Source: Cirrosporium novae-zelandiae (lineage: Eukaryota). Taken from it: a stretch of DNA of 64,000 bases. Made by a program: the position numbers and the translations under genes. The notes below the pieces were generated by a model. That model had not been told where the DNA came from, did no database searches, and saw only the letters and a program-made list of their open reading frames with translations. Position 1 is the stretch's first letter. Each line of letters starts with the position of its first letter. Positions 52,302 through 64,000 of the stretch are shown here, piece after piece. The DNA lies in contig JAPETS010000007.1 in NCBI GenBank assembly GCA_026023565.1, forward strand, positions 1 to 64,000. Reading direction: 5' to 3'.

Positions 52302-52967
52302 GGTCGGACTATCGCTGGCGAATTTCAGAAGGTTGTAATGAGACGAGTGTCATAAATCGTGGCTCAAAAAGTCTGGCATATGTACAAAGGGTAATTGGGA
52401 GGCTCTTCAAGGTCCAGAGGCTGGGAGTAAAGCCTGATCGTTGAAGTTCATAAGAAATAGAAAAGACATGAAAGCGAAAGAAGTGTTTGTGCGAAGTTGA
52501 AAGAGGGCGGAAATCAAAGGAATTGAGATAGTAGTTTAACTGTAAATAGCGCAGTGAGCAGAAAGCTGAAGGAAGATTAGACCGAAGATCCGATTCAGAC
52601 CACAAAGCTTGTTTAACCCTATTACAGTAACCACAAAGTACGTGACTACCTTAAGTTACCTAGGTACAAAGCACATCATTTTTACTGGGGGCATAAATTA
52701 TTAATCCTTGAAACTTAACAAAGGTTATATTTCCTGCCTTGAGTGATTACAAAACCATAACTATTTGCTCACCTCGAGTCAAAGATCGTCAATAACTATC
52801 AGATCTAGCCCGTGTTTCATGCAAACATTCCGTCAATGTCCTTTTGAGAACCTAGAAGTACCTTGCACCGACAATGCTGCTTGATATCACTTGGGTATGC
52901 CTCCAAAACTCCCTTGTCCATCGATCCCGATAGAACGCCTTTCTATGCATTAGTTCATAACCATATC

Positions 52968-55633
52968 CTAGCCACCATCATCCGGGTTGCCATTATCATC
53001 GTCTTCCTTCAATAGCTCAGCCTCGAGTTCAGCTTCCAAGTCGTCCTCAAATCCATCGCCACCATCAGAATCGACAATGCTAACTTCTCCTTGAGATTCT
53101 ACAGGCGTTGGAATATCTGTAGATTGGTTACTGCTTGCAATAGCAACTTCCTTGAGTTGGGTAGGTCTGTCTTGGGCTAGTCTTTTCCGTTGAGCAAGGT
53201 AGGAACCGGCTTCAGAACTATGGTCAGAATCGTCTTCAGATTCTTCCACCCCTCGTTTGCGTTTCCGATCTCTTTCTAAACTCCTTGTGCTTGATTCAGA
53301 ATTGATACTTTCAGTATCGCTTTCAGTATCATCATCGCCCATGAACTCTGCTAACTCGTCATTTATTGCTGACCAGTCTTCACTTGAGCCACCAATCGGT
53401 GATTGGTCATCAACAATATCATCGGGCATCAAAGAGTTGTCATCTGTATCTCCAGTTTGAAGACGCAAATCAAATCTCGTTGTATCTTCATCTTCTGTTA
53501 CTGCGTCACTCTGCTCATCAGAAGACGATAGGAGCATTCTATCATTTTCTTGTGCATCAAAGTAGACACCGTCTCTGGAGGGAGACGACCCCAGAGGTTC
53601 CCTTTTATCTTCCGGATGAACTGGGATCAGATAAGGCGCTTCATCCAAACGCTCCCATTGAGCAATGCAATCGAAAAGCCACTGGGTGGTGACAATTCTA
53701 ATTTTCGGGATACGAGCTGCCTGGCGAACTTTGGCGGTTCGGTTTCTGGCTGCAATCACGTGGGTAGTTTTTTTGCCGATCCTGCTAGATATCCGGGCAC
53801 CAAAACTTTTAGCCCAGAGAGAGATATCTGCATTTTGAAGGTCGGTGTTAAGGGGAACTACGCCAGAAAATACGATAACGACTCCTTCGAAGACACGATG
53901 TTTCATCTGAGGCATAACATCCTTGACATCTGGCACCAACCTGAGATCGATTGTTCTAGTATCGCCCACTGGTATCTTTTTTTCACCTCTCAGTGCGGCA
54001 ACTCGTCCACCTTGGGCTCCAGCGAGTTTGCGTTCGTACTCCTCAAAAAATGCTCGATGAACAGCACGTAGTCGGGCCTCAAGGTATGCTAGTTCATCAT
54101 CGTGATCTTCCAAAAGATGGTGGCGGTGTTTGGCAGAGTCATGAGATGTAGTTTCGCTTTGGCCCTCACCATTTTCTGCACTTTCAGGTCCTTCACCAAC
54201 ATCCGCAGCCTCGTCCTCTAGATCCAGCTGCTTTTGCTTTTGAAGGAGTGGGCGTTCCTGTAGTTGGGCAGCCAAGGCCTCATTTTGCTGACTTGCTTGA
54301 CTCTGCAGAAGGTTTGGATCATCCGAGCTAGCCATGTTCACCAATTGTTCTAAAGTCGAGAGTTTTGCTCCATTGTCATTTGATTCTTCAGTGGGTATAG
54401 TAGTCCCATTAGTAACGGGCTCAGTCTCCTTCTCCGTTTCACCTACTGTAACATCGTTGTTCAGTTCTGGTAAGGCAACAGGAACAGGTTTAGGGCTCGG
54501 ACGAAGGGTTGGTCGTTTTGGTAGGAAACTCGAGTTAATATCCCCGATACCAACAAAGAAGTCGTAAGGATTGACCTTGATAAGATTGTGGCTCCAATTC
54601 CACACATCCCCACGATCGTCAATAATCACAACCATCTTTGTGTCAACAGGAAAAAGGCGCTGAAGGCTTTTTGCGGTCAGGCTTCCGCTCTCATCTCGGC
54701 TTAGGATTCGGTCTCCAAATATCTTTCGGTCCGAATCAACAATGTTCGCAATGCTCTGCGCGTATGCCCTAGTTCCCATAGTGTAAATGTGAAGCTCGTA
54801 GAGCTGGGATATATTCTTGAGGAATTCCATCAAGCCTGGTCGCAGCTTGATATAGTACCAACAGCCTCGGGCACCGGGACCATCATCAATCAACTGGAAG
54901 GCCTTCACATCTTTAACAGCGTTGTGGTTAGGGTTGTTGACATCCTGTTGCCATTCCAGCACAGTGGGATCTACTGTAGCGTGAATAATAGTTTGGTCCA
55001 GATCGACTACAAGAGAGAGCTTCTTTGAAGCCAACAACCTGAGCTTAGCTTCCTCCTCAACCCTTTTGGCCTCATTTTGGCTGACTGTCAACGCCGAGTT
55101 ATCATGAACCATTTTAATAGTCGCGCGATTCGCATCAAGAGTCTCAGTATTGTAGGAAAATCTAAAAAATAAACATAAGCTCGCGTCAGTTGTAAGCGTT
55201 CCAACGCGTCAATAATGTCATTAAAAACTCATCGTCCATATACTCACTGGGTCATATCTTTCCCGCAATTAGCGCACATGCCGCCGAACTGGACTTCGTG
55301 AGCGCATGGTTCTTCGATGTCAGCCACATCAATACTGCTAGAGTCAGTCTCCAAATGAGATGAATAATCGTGTAGAAGGACGCACTTGGGCTTTGTAATA
55401 ACAGCACCCTTTTTGATCTTCCATTGTTTGAGTGTGCCTTCAACAGTAGACTCAAAACGTGTAGGGAAGGTTCGCTCAACCTGGACCTCGTTAAGGCCGT
55501 CACCTTCTGTCACAATCGTTTTGTAAGAATAGGCAAAGAGTGGCGCAGATCTCTCGACATTGTCGTTTGGTTGAACGAGAAGGTCTGTGATCACAATTGG
55601 GTATTTCAAACTCGGCGGTAATCTGAGTAGCAT
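52968..55633 (-). CDS. FCP1: RNA polymerase II CTD phosphatase Fcp1
   Basis: LVVDLDQTIIHA (DxDxT), IKLRPG, RILSRDE, VVIIDDR, BRCT domain (IVFSGVVP...TTHVIA...WLFDC), N-terminal CAHEVQFGGMCANCG exon and acidic tail; two introns. Confidence 0.95.
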
Positions 55634-55844
55634 TGGATAGAGTAATCAGGTCATTTGATCAGCTGGAGTGGAATAATAATTCGGATGGTTGTGGTAACAG
55701 TGGTATCGGAGACAGCCGTTTGTAATTAAATGCCAAGCATTTCATTCGTGTGGAGAGAGATGGGAGGTTTCGCTTTTATAATCACGAAGGGAAGACCTGA
55801 CCGGAGAGAGGATCGCTAGAGAAGCGCTAACGAACGGGGAGATC

Positions 55845-55853
55845 TCACGTGAC
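55845..55853. promoter_or_regulatory. TCACGTGAC E-box (Cbf1-type bHLH site) in the divergent FCP1-SUI1 promoter; second CACGTG near 56468
   Basis: Matches the RTCACGTG consensus on the minus strand; function is inferred only. Confidence 0.4.
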
Positions 55854-56816
55854 TGTTGCTTAATCTAGCAGTCTTTCAGCCTGCACGTACTATACGAAAG
55901 TGATAATACTTTGCATTATTATTTACCTAGATTAATTACTTATTGACATTCTCATTAACTAGTTAATCTTAAACTGCTAATACTCTTCTTGGAACAATTA
56001 TAATTACTTGAATCGATTTGTCAACCTTTATGATGGATATATACAGAGTGCGGAGTAGTCAATACCATAGTAAAACTTTAACAACTGAGTCATATATTAA
56101 ATCATCAAACTGGCAGTGAGTGTGTAGCCAGAATACTTTCTATTTTGAAAGGATTTCGTCATAATAACAGTGTTCAATTCAAATAATTCCAGTTATGATT
56201 GATATGCGATATCTAAGGTTTAACATATTATTGAGGGATGACAACAACTAGAATGCGGGTTAAATTCTGGACAAAATTTTGTTAATCCCTCCCTACTCAG
56301 GTATATCATGTGCTAGGGGTAATCAATAATAAGGATTCGAGAAAAAGAATCCTAAAGAAGATAAAGAAGATAAAAGGCAAAGAAGACTAATAGAACACAC
56401 AAATGCAAACAGATCTGTCATGCCCTTACCCTAATTAATACTATTGTGTAACCTTTTAGTCTGTCAGCACGTGAGGTTAACTTCATCGTAGATGGTAGAA
56501 AAAGCAAGCAGAAATAAATTGAGGTGGACAGGGAAGCACAGGATAGACTGTCGGGTTAGAAGAGGTTGAAAGCTAATAAAGGGGCCTTTGGGCCCCAGGC
56601 CTAATTCAAAGTCTCCCTACTGACTCAACCCCTCTTGCCTCTCGCTTAATCGGTCTGCTCACTTCTTTGCCACCTACCTGTTCTCCTTCCTATTAAACCA
56701 CACAACGCTTTTCATCACCCACTGCCCAACACATATTCCCATATTACATCTCGACCCAACCCATCATCTCCTTCACTACTAGACACAAACAGTTGGATTT
56801 CCACAAACGCGAGTTT

Positions 56817-57530
56817 ATGTCTGACATCGAGAACCTCAAGACCTTCAGTGAGTTGTTCAGCCCCACTTCCAAATCCTCGGCCTTGATTCTCTGCAATTCT
56901 ATATTAGCCCAAATGTTGTGACTATGGAATTTGCCTACTTGAAACGATATTTGTACTTGATGGGCTTTTCAATATTGAATCGGAGCTGACTTGATGCATC
57001 TCGTTAGACCCCTTCGCCGACGTTGACGAAGACACCGGCCAGGATCAGGATAACATCCATATTCGTATCCAACGTGAGTGCTCCTTCAAGTTTGGATCAA
57101 TGCAAGCGTATTTCATATGGTTGTATCTTGTCATTGCCCAACTAACGGTCAATTTGTACAGAACGCAATGGTCGTAAGAGTTTGACCACTGTCCAGGGTC
57201 TATCTTCCAAACTTGATCAAAAGAAGATTCTCAAGGTTCTCAAGAAGAAGTTTGGTATGTTATTGTCTACCTGAGTTGTCACCTAGTTTTGTCGGGTGTT
57301 ATGTAACGTGCTAATAATGCTTATTTCAACAGCTTGCAATGGCACTATTGTCCAGGACTCTGAGATGGGCGATGTGATTCAGCTTCAGGGAGATCAGCGT
57401 ATCGATGTGCTCGAGTGGTTGACCGACAAGAAAGAAGGGCTTGCTCTTGACCCCAAGACCATCAAAGTTCGTATATTTTATCAATTGTTCTCGAGCCTTG
57501 TTAACATATCTTCAGGTCCATGGATTCTAG
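56817..57530 (+). CDS. SUI1: Translation initiation factor eIF1
   Basis: Five exons: MSDIENLKTF|NPFADVDEDTGQDQDNIHIRIQ|QRNGRKSLTTVQG...KKKF|ACNGTIV...IQLQGDQR...TIK|VHGF*. Introns 56848-57007, 57074-57161, 57255-57332, 57467-57515. Confidence 0.97.
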
Positions 57531-58587
57531 AGCCTTACAGGGGCCGCCTACCCTCTATCCTCCGCTTAAGGACAGATAGAAGTCTTCTTCGTCGATAATG
57601 ATCAGCGTTTAAACTTCTTGCCCTTCCTTGGAAGTGGAGGGACTTGCTTTATAAAGAGGGTTAGGGCGTTTATGATACCCATGATAGATAGGCATTTGAT
57701 GGACTGGGACGGAATGGCTTTTACGTACATGTTAGGGTTGGGAATGGGATTTTTGCATTGAGCAATGAAAGCCTAGAAGTCGCTCACTCTTGATCTAACT
57801 AGTACGTGATGCTAAGCTTATTTATTAAGCACTGAAATTGCAATATGACTTGTTTCAGACTTGCAGACTTGGATGAATAATACCATTGATATAGTAGATG
57901 TGTGTTAGGGAAGTGATTGGAATGAGGAGACTTATTAATTGAACTGCCAGTCTAACTACACATCTTATAAGATTGAATATCACTTGTCTCTTGGTCCATT
58001 TGTTGCTGATAATTCGATGTACTAATAAGCAAGAACAGGTTTGTACATCAAAACAAAGGATTAGTAGTTATAGGTATATGATCACTCATCCATCCGTATC
58101 AGCGTCACCAACAGCGTGGTGGGGCCAACCTTTTCAACAATGACAAAGCTTGAGTAATCCACCACAAATGGGATATGTTTTTACTGATCCATGCCTTGAG
58201 TATGATATACTTGCCATTGGAGAATGGATGCTATGCTACCGAGTTACCATCAACAGCGTTTCCTATGTTCTCTATACCTGTCTCCAACCTCGTTTTGCAT
58301 TTTCTCTAGCTTATTAGCAGCCTCTATGAATGTAATCAGGAAAGAGTCTTATGTAAAAACTTTTGACTCCCACTATTTTGCAACTGAATTTTTTTTACAT
58401 TCTTAGTGTTGTGTCGGCATTTGAAAGCTTCCACAGATCTAATATATAAATTCCAATGCCACTGCACCAGGCTTCATTTAACCTGTTCTTATTCATCTTT
58501 GAATCCACAGTATCAGACTTTTCAATTACTTAATCAAGTTACTCTTAGTATAACTGCATCCAAGAATTCCGAGTCTACGGAACAATC

Positions 58588-59662
58588 ATGTCTGGCAATC
58601 TCATCCTCGTGACGGGTGGAACAGGTCACGTAGGTTTCCGAAATATTGTCGAAGCCCTCCAAAAAGGTTATCGTATCCGTGCAGCTGTTCGTCATGAATC
58701 AGGAATAGAACAGATCAAACGTGCCAAGTCAATCCAACCATATCTCGATAATATCGAGTTTTTCATCGTGCCGGATATCCTTGCTGATGGAGCTTATGAT
58801 GAAGCCATTAAGGGGGTTGATTATGTACTTCATAGTGCAAGTCCCCTTGCAAGTGTAGGTTATTTCGTCTATAATGTTTAGGTATGTTAGTTAATAGATG
58901 CTTCAGAAAACCGCTGGTGACCCCGAAAAGAATCTCTTCGAACCTGCTGTGAAAGGCACGACTGGAATCTTGCAATCAGCCCTCAAAATCCGTACTATTA
59001 AACGTATTGTCATCACCGCCTCTGTTCTTTCAATTGTTTCCTTTCAAGACCTTGTTGTTGAAGTAAGTGAAAAGGTCTTCAACGACACTAACCGTGCCAC
59101 CACCCATCCACCACCATATACAAATGACTTGGATGCCTATTCCTCGTCCAAGATCCGAGCATTCGACGCTACTAACAACTTTGTCACCAAACACAAACCC
59201 CATTTCGAGATTACGAACATCATGCCCGTATTCATCATCGGGAAAAGCGAACTCGTGACGTCCCCTAATAATATTACAAATGGTACTAACCGCGCCGCCA
59301 TGTCTCCTCTCCTCGGACTCAAAAATTCCTACGTTACACCTAGCATCTCTGTTCACGTCGACGATGTCGCGTATGCACATGTCAAAGCCCTAGATCCATC
59401 TGTTCCAGGCGGTCAGAATTTCTTGCTTTCTTCGGAGGGCATCAAGGGCACCACTTGGAACGATGCCATTGAAATTGTGAAGAAGCATTTCCCCGGGGAG
59501 GTAAAGAAGGGGGTATTCCCTCTAGAAGGGGATGTTCCAACCAAGCAAGCCAAGCTTGATGTAACGAGGACTGAGAAGGTGTTAGGCCTTAGATTTAAGA
59601 GCTATGAAGAGCAGGTGATCAGTGTTGCAGGGCATTATGTGGAATTAATGAATACGGCTTGA
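58588..59662 (+). CDS. NAD(P)-dependent extended SDR (GRE2 / aldehyde reductase II-like)
   Basis: ILVTGGTGHVG Rossmann motif, HSASP, PAVKGT, YSSSK catalytic YxxxK, VHVDDVAYAHV. Intron 58855-58906. Confidence 0.92.
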
Positions 59663-60199
59663 ATATATCGAAAGAATTTAACTATGATAGAGTGGGTGGA
59701 TTCAAAAAGCGACGGTGGTCCTGTTCTTTATATGAGGCCATACTAGTCTTCAATTTACATAAAGGCCTCTCCAAATATTAGAAAGCAAAAAGCGGTTTTC
59801 ATTAAAAATTTAGTTTAAATCATAACTCTATTCTTTTTGAAACTCTCTCTAATATGAATCGATGAATTTGATTATTTTTGAAATCTGTACTATGCACATG
59901 TCAGTATGTACTATATACTATGGCGCGAATTATTGGTATCACCCTTAGCCGTGGAAATTTTTATACGGATCTTACAGTAAAAGCTTAAAGAATTCAAGGA
60001 CCAGCTCAAGGTAATTACTTTAGTTTGGCTATATCAACTCGATATTCATGATCAGCTTAAATGCCTTGCTCCTTCCTGAAGCAAGTACTTCTAAGGTGAA
60101 TGGTCTATGCGCAAAAACATGAAAGTTATTGATGTTGACTTTTAATCCATAGTGAAGCTTCCTTTAAAAATATAACGAGCTAACTACACTGCTACGATT

Positions 60200-60200
<1 letters not shown>

Positions 60201-60239
<39 letters not shown>
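60201..60239 (+). repeat. (CAA)13 microsatellite
   Basis: Read directly from the sequence. Confidence 0.97.
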
Positions 60240-60240
<1 letters not shown>

Positions 60241-60478
60241 AATATCATCATGGGCACAAAGGCTTTTTTTTTAAAAGGACCCTTATTAACCTATCATAAT
60301 TCCTTTCTTCACTTGCGCTTTTCTTTCTTTATCAATTTCCAATACCATTCATGTCTAAGTCACTTATTTTGTCTTCACTCATGTCTAACATCACTTGCCC
60401 GGAAACTTATTCTCGATAACCATCAATTCATTGCAGGTCCCGGTAGCTACATCAAAGTTCAAAATAAGACTGTCAAGG

Positions 60479-61681
60479 ATGACAGTATCGTGGAAAGGCA
60501 TAATAAACAGAAGGATTTCAAGAAGGGAAAGGATACGGCGCCTATCTAAAAAAGTGGCATTGAACAGCAAAATATTAACGAAAAGAATTTATGCTCAGCA
60601 ACGCAATAGATTTTCTAACAATTGCAAGAGAGACCAAATACCCAAGAGGAAACCTAAGACTTTCTTCAACCTGACCAGCGAAGTCCAAGTTCAAATTCTC
60701 TGCAAACTGTGCATGCCAGACATCTACAACCTGCGCTTGGCATCAAGGGAATTCTACTTTCTCGTACACGACAACCAACTTTCACTCGTCCAAAGCAGAA
60801 TAGCCTGTCGTGATTGTATCGCACCTTATTGCCTAGATTTATACCCTCCTCCCGAAGAACAAGACTCTTGGAATCTTACCTATGCCTTTAGCTTGCGTCA
60901 TCGCCACAGAGTTGTTTTTAGACTATCTGCATACCTGTCTACCTTTGTCATAGATCAAGTTTATCAGAAAAGTTGGCGGGCAGGCCGGGAGACAAGAATA
61001 AAAATATGGAATCGGATTCAGTTAAAACTCCTAAGTCCACTCATGACCATCTTCTATTTCCTCGAATCCTATCGGCTCCTGGTTTGCCTAACGGCACAAA
61101 AATTCCTCGACGAACTTCCGGATCGCTATGATAGTATTCCTCGGTTTCTCCGACTAGCAGTTGAAGAATCCCTCGAAAGGGACCAGGTGGAAATGATGTC
61201 TGAGTACAATGTAGACACGTTGTACTTCACCCACCAAGTCTTTTGTCTACTCATAATGGTATTCTATGACAGACTCCGCCCACCAACCCCTGGCCAAAAG
61301 TCGTTGAAAAGAAAAGAAGCTGCTAAACTCCTTATATTTGGCGGCTTGCGAGAAGTGGGACGTATGATGCGGTTCCCCAGCTATCGTGAACGGCGACTGA
61401 AGCTAGACAGCTTCTTGATGAAACTGGATCGACAACCAGTTGACCCATGGGACGGCGCTCCTACCGAACTACCTCCAGGACTCTTGAAGCAGGAACGGAC
61501 ATCACCTCCTATATCCCTTACGGAAACGAGCCGAGTCATGCCTTTGTTGCCTAAGCTATCTAGCATCTGGACACCGGCAGCGTTGCAGAAAATCCTTATG
61601 GAGGGGATCCTTGATGATTTAAATATGATACCTTCAATGGAAGAATTCTTATTTGATTTAATTGATGAAAAAACGAGATAA
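60479..61681 (+). CDS. F-box domain protein
   Basis: 400-codon open frame. FFNLTSEVQVQILCKLCMPDIYNLRLASREFYFLV fits the F-box pattern. First in-frame ATG is at 60479; the true start is uncertain. Confidence 0.8.
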   Translation: MTVSWKGIINRRISRRERIRRLSKKVALNSKILTKRIYAQQRNRFSNNCKRDQIPKRKPKTFFNLTSEVQVQILCKLCMPDIYNLRLASREFYFLVHDNQLSLVQSRIACRDCIAPYCLDLYPPPEEQDSWNLTYAFSLRHRHRVVFRLSAYLSTFVIDQVYQKSWRAGRETRIKIWNRIQLKLLSPLMTIFYFLESYRLLVCLTAQKFLDELPDRYDSIPRFLRLAVEESLERDQVEMMSEYNVDTLYFTHQVFCLLIMVFYDRLRPPTPGQKSLKRKEAAKLLIFGGLREVGRMMRFPSYRERRLKLDSFLMKLDRQPVDPWDGAPTELPPGLLKQERTSPPISLTETSRVMPLLPKLSSIWTPAALQKILMEGILDDLNMIPSMEEFLFDLIDEKTR

Positions 61682-62067
61682 ATATTGGTATTGTCAATTG
61701 TGTGGTATGGAGGCTTTAGTTCCGACTCCTCCCGTATTAACTAATAAACTTTAGTCTATTCTTATTATAAAATTTATTCCTTTAAGGACTCACCGGGCCA
61801 GTGACCAGTGACCAGTGACCAGTAACCACAGTATATTCTTTCTCAATACCTTCCACATACACCACATCATTGAATCATAATTTATAATAATAGTGGCTAA
61901 CTTAAGATTATAATTCATGGTTGTCGTTGCTGTCATTTTAATTTAATCAACGCCTCCCCACCCAAAACAAGCAACCCCCCCTGCAACGTAAACCCCAAAC
62001 GTTATGTGATAGAAACATTTAACCGCGACCCAAACACCTTCCAATGAACCTACTTTTTCTTTTACCA

Positions 62068-64000
62068 TCATCCTCGGGTTAAGCTGTGCCGTGATTGTCT
62101 CCGGACCTGCTCTGCTTTCTTTGATAGAAGAGCATGTACTTTCTTATTGGCAGCCCAATTACTTTGAAGTTTTCTTATCCGCACCGTTGCAATTACCATC
62201 ATGCCAACGGCTCGCAGGCTCGGGCGCCTTTCCCGTGTCCTTCTGTCCGGGGTAATGCCCATTTCTTCAAGAATGCGCAAATCTGCCGCATTGCTAACTC
62301 ATCAGTTAGTTTTATACTGTAAAATTACAATAAAATAACAATCAAGACTACTTACCAGGCGTTAAACATTTCAATCTGCATTAGAAAGAATTTCTTACTG
62401 AACGCTAGGTCCGCACGGAAATTTTCCTCCCTATTGCATTTTGCCCTTAGGTACTGGATTTGTTTCGCCAATCCTTTAATCTCTCCAAGGTGTTTCTTCT
62501 CCTTGGCCTCAATTTCTTGCTGAAGTTGCTCCATGTCCTCGGAGCTACGGTTGGCATGAGCGCTGCTAACCGATGTATTCGGGAATCGCACTCGCTGAGT
62601 AATAGCCTTGCGTTCCTCCTGCCACATCTGTTGCTGTTGAGCTAGATTGTCTACTGCTTCTTCATAGCGTTGTTGTACTTGACTTAATTCTTCCGTGGCA
62701 GCATGCGCCTTTCTTGCATGGTGGCTTCGCTCTTCGCGTACACGTTTAAGCTGTGCCCGCAGTTCTTGTTCACGAGATGCGCAAGCTTGGATATGAGCAT
62801 CACGGTCGGCAGCCTGAAGCTGAAGGTCCTCAGCCTCGAGTTTCGCATCTTTGAGCATCTCATGCAGGTCCCTTCTCTCATCAGCCATGATCTTATCACC
62901 CTGATCCTGACGAGCCTTATGGAGACCTTTCTCAAGACCTTGCACTCTAGTCCGTAGACGACCAATAGTTTCTTCAGCTTGTGTGTTCTTTGCGAGTAGT
63001 TCCTCTTCTTGCTGTCTAAGATCTGAGATCTCTTGCTCAAGGGATTCCCGGTCTTGTTCTAAAGCATCAATCTTCGTCCGGTTTTCTCGCTCTACTGCTG
63101 ATAGCTTACGCTGGGCCTCCTTTTCTGTACTTTTCATCTTGGACCTGAGTTCTCGCATCTGCTGGTTGACCTCGGATAATTGTCGTCTAGCTTCATCAAT
63201 CTCATCCTTGCGAGCAGATCCCACGGATGATCTGGGTGATTCCATTGCCAATTGAGACATTTGTAGTTCATGGATCTGGCGTTCCATATCAACAACCCGT
63301 TGTTTAAGATTTCGAATGTTATCTTTATAGGCGCCTTCCCGTTGTACATATTCCATTTCTTTCTTTCGAGCATCCTCGAGATCATTTTTGATAATAGAAA
63401 GTTCTACGGTGGCGTCAGCTGTCCTATCGCCATCCTGTAAAAGGGCTTCGAGCTCTTTGGCACGGAGTTCAAGTCGCTGCGATTTGCTCTTGATCATGAC
63501 GAGTTCTCTGTCTCTGCCTTCCGAGAGAACAACCAACTTTTGTCGAAGGTCAACTAATTCTGCCTCGAGATGTGCTTCTTCTTCATTTGCACGTTCCATC
63601 TCCACTTGTAAATCCTTCTCTGCGGCTTCTCCCCGTTCAATGAGAGCCTTTCGCTCTTCCCTTAATCTGGCTACATCACCTTCTAGCCTTAGCTTAGCTT
63701 TTCTCAGGTCCATCTTTTCTTGATCCACCTTAAAGGTTTCATCTACTTGGTCCTCCATCTGGTGAAGCTGGCTCTTAACTTCATCTCTCTCAGCTTCCAT
63801 CTCCCTGAAAGATGTGCGTAAGGATTGAAGATCTGAGTTGGCTTTCCTTAGATCGTCTTGAAGCTTGTGCTTCTCTGCCCGAACTTTCTGTAATCCTACC
63901 TCCGATTCGTGGAGTCGCTCGCTGAACTGTGCTTTTACATGCTCGACCTCTTCATCTAAACTGCTTTCAAGAACCTCTACTTCGTCCTCTAAAGCTTGAA
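62068..64000 (-). CDS. pcp1: Spindle pole body coiled-coil protein with C-terminal PACT domain (Pcp1/Spc110/pericentrin family); 5' part lies beyond the window
   Basis: Long coiled coil, then LRAKCNREENFRADLAFSKKFFLMQIEMFNAC|NAADLRILEEMG...RPSLRAVGMMVIATVRIRKL (PACT / calmodulin-binding). One intron near 62295-62355. Confidence 0.88.

Noticed and set aside
1..64000. Biosynthetic gene cluster, intact transposon or Starship-type element
   Set aside because: No backbone synthase, transposase, reverse transcriptase or tyrosine recombinase; the genes are functionally unrelated housekeeping and regulatory loci.

Overview
Filamentous ascomycete (Pezizomycotina) nuclear DNA with short GT-AG spliceosomal introns. 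I reconstructed 14 protein-coding genes by eye: metacaspase, White Collar-1 photoreceptor, an atypical Ras-family GTPase, an isochorismatase/AlkB-type 2OG-Fe(II) oxygenase fusion, dienoyl-CoA isomerase, a Whi5/Nrm1-like protein, a YIL108W-like metallopeptidase-jacalin protein, a Grainyhead/CP2 factor, a PY-motif membrane protein, FCP1, eIF1/SUI1, a GRE2-like reductase, an F-box protein, and the 3' part of a PACT-domain spindle-pole-body gene. There is also one tRNA-Ala(AGC) gene. Long intergenic tracts are full of short tandem duplications, and a roughly 8 kb gene-free island (about 15.7-24 kb) holds a helicase relic and the tRNA. I found no clear multi-gene novel system. The best leads are a 7-nt tRNA insert that perfectly duplicates its own anticodon-loop sequence, two enzymes with substituted catalytic residues (HExxH to HQxxH; isochorismatase Cys to Ser fused to an intact AlkB domain), an upstream ORF whose stop overlaps the wc-1 start (AUGA), and a structured first intron in eIF1. 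All family assignments come from motif recognition, not database searches.
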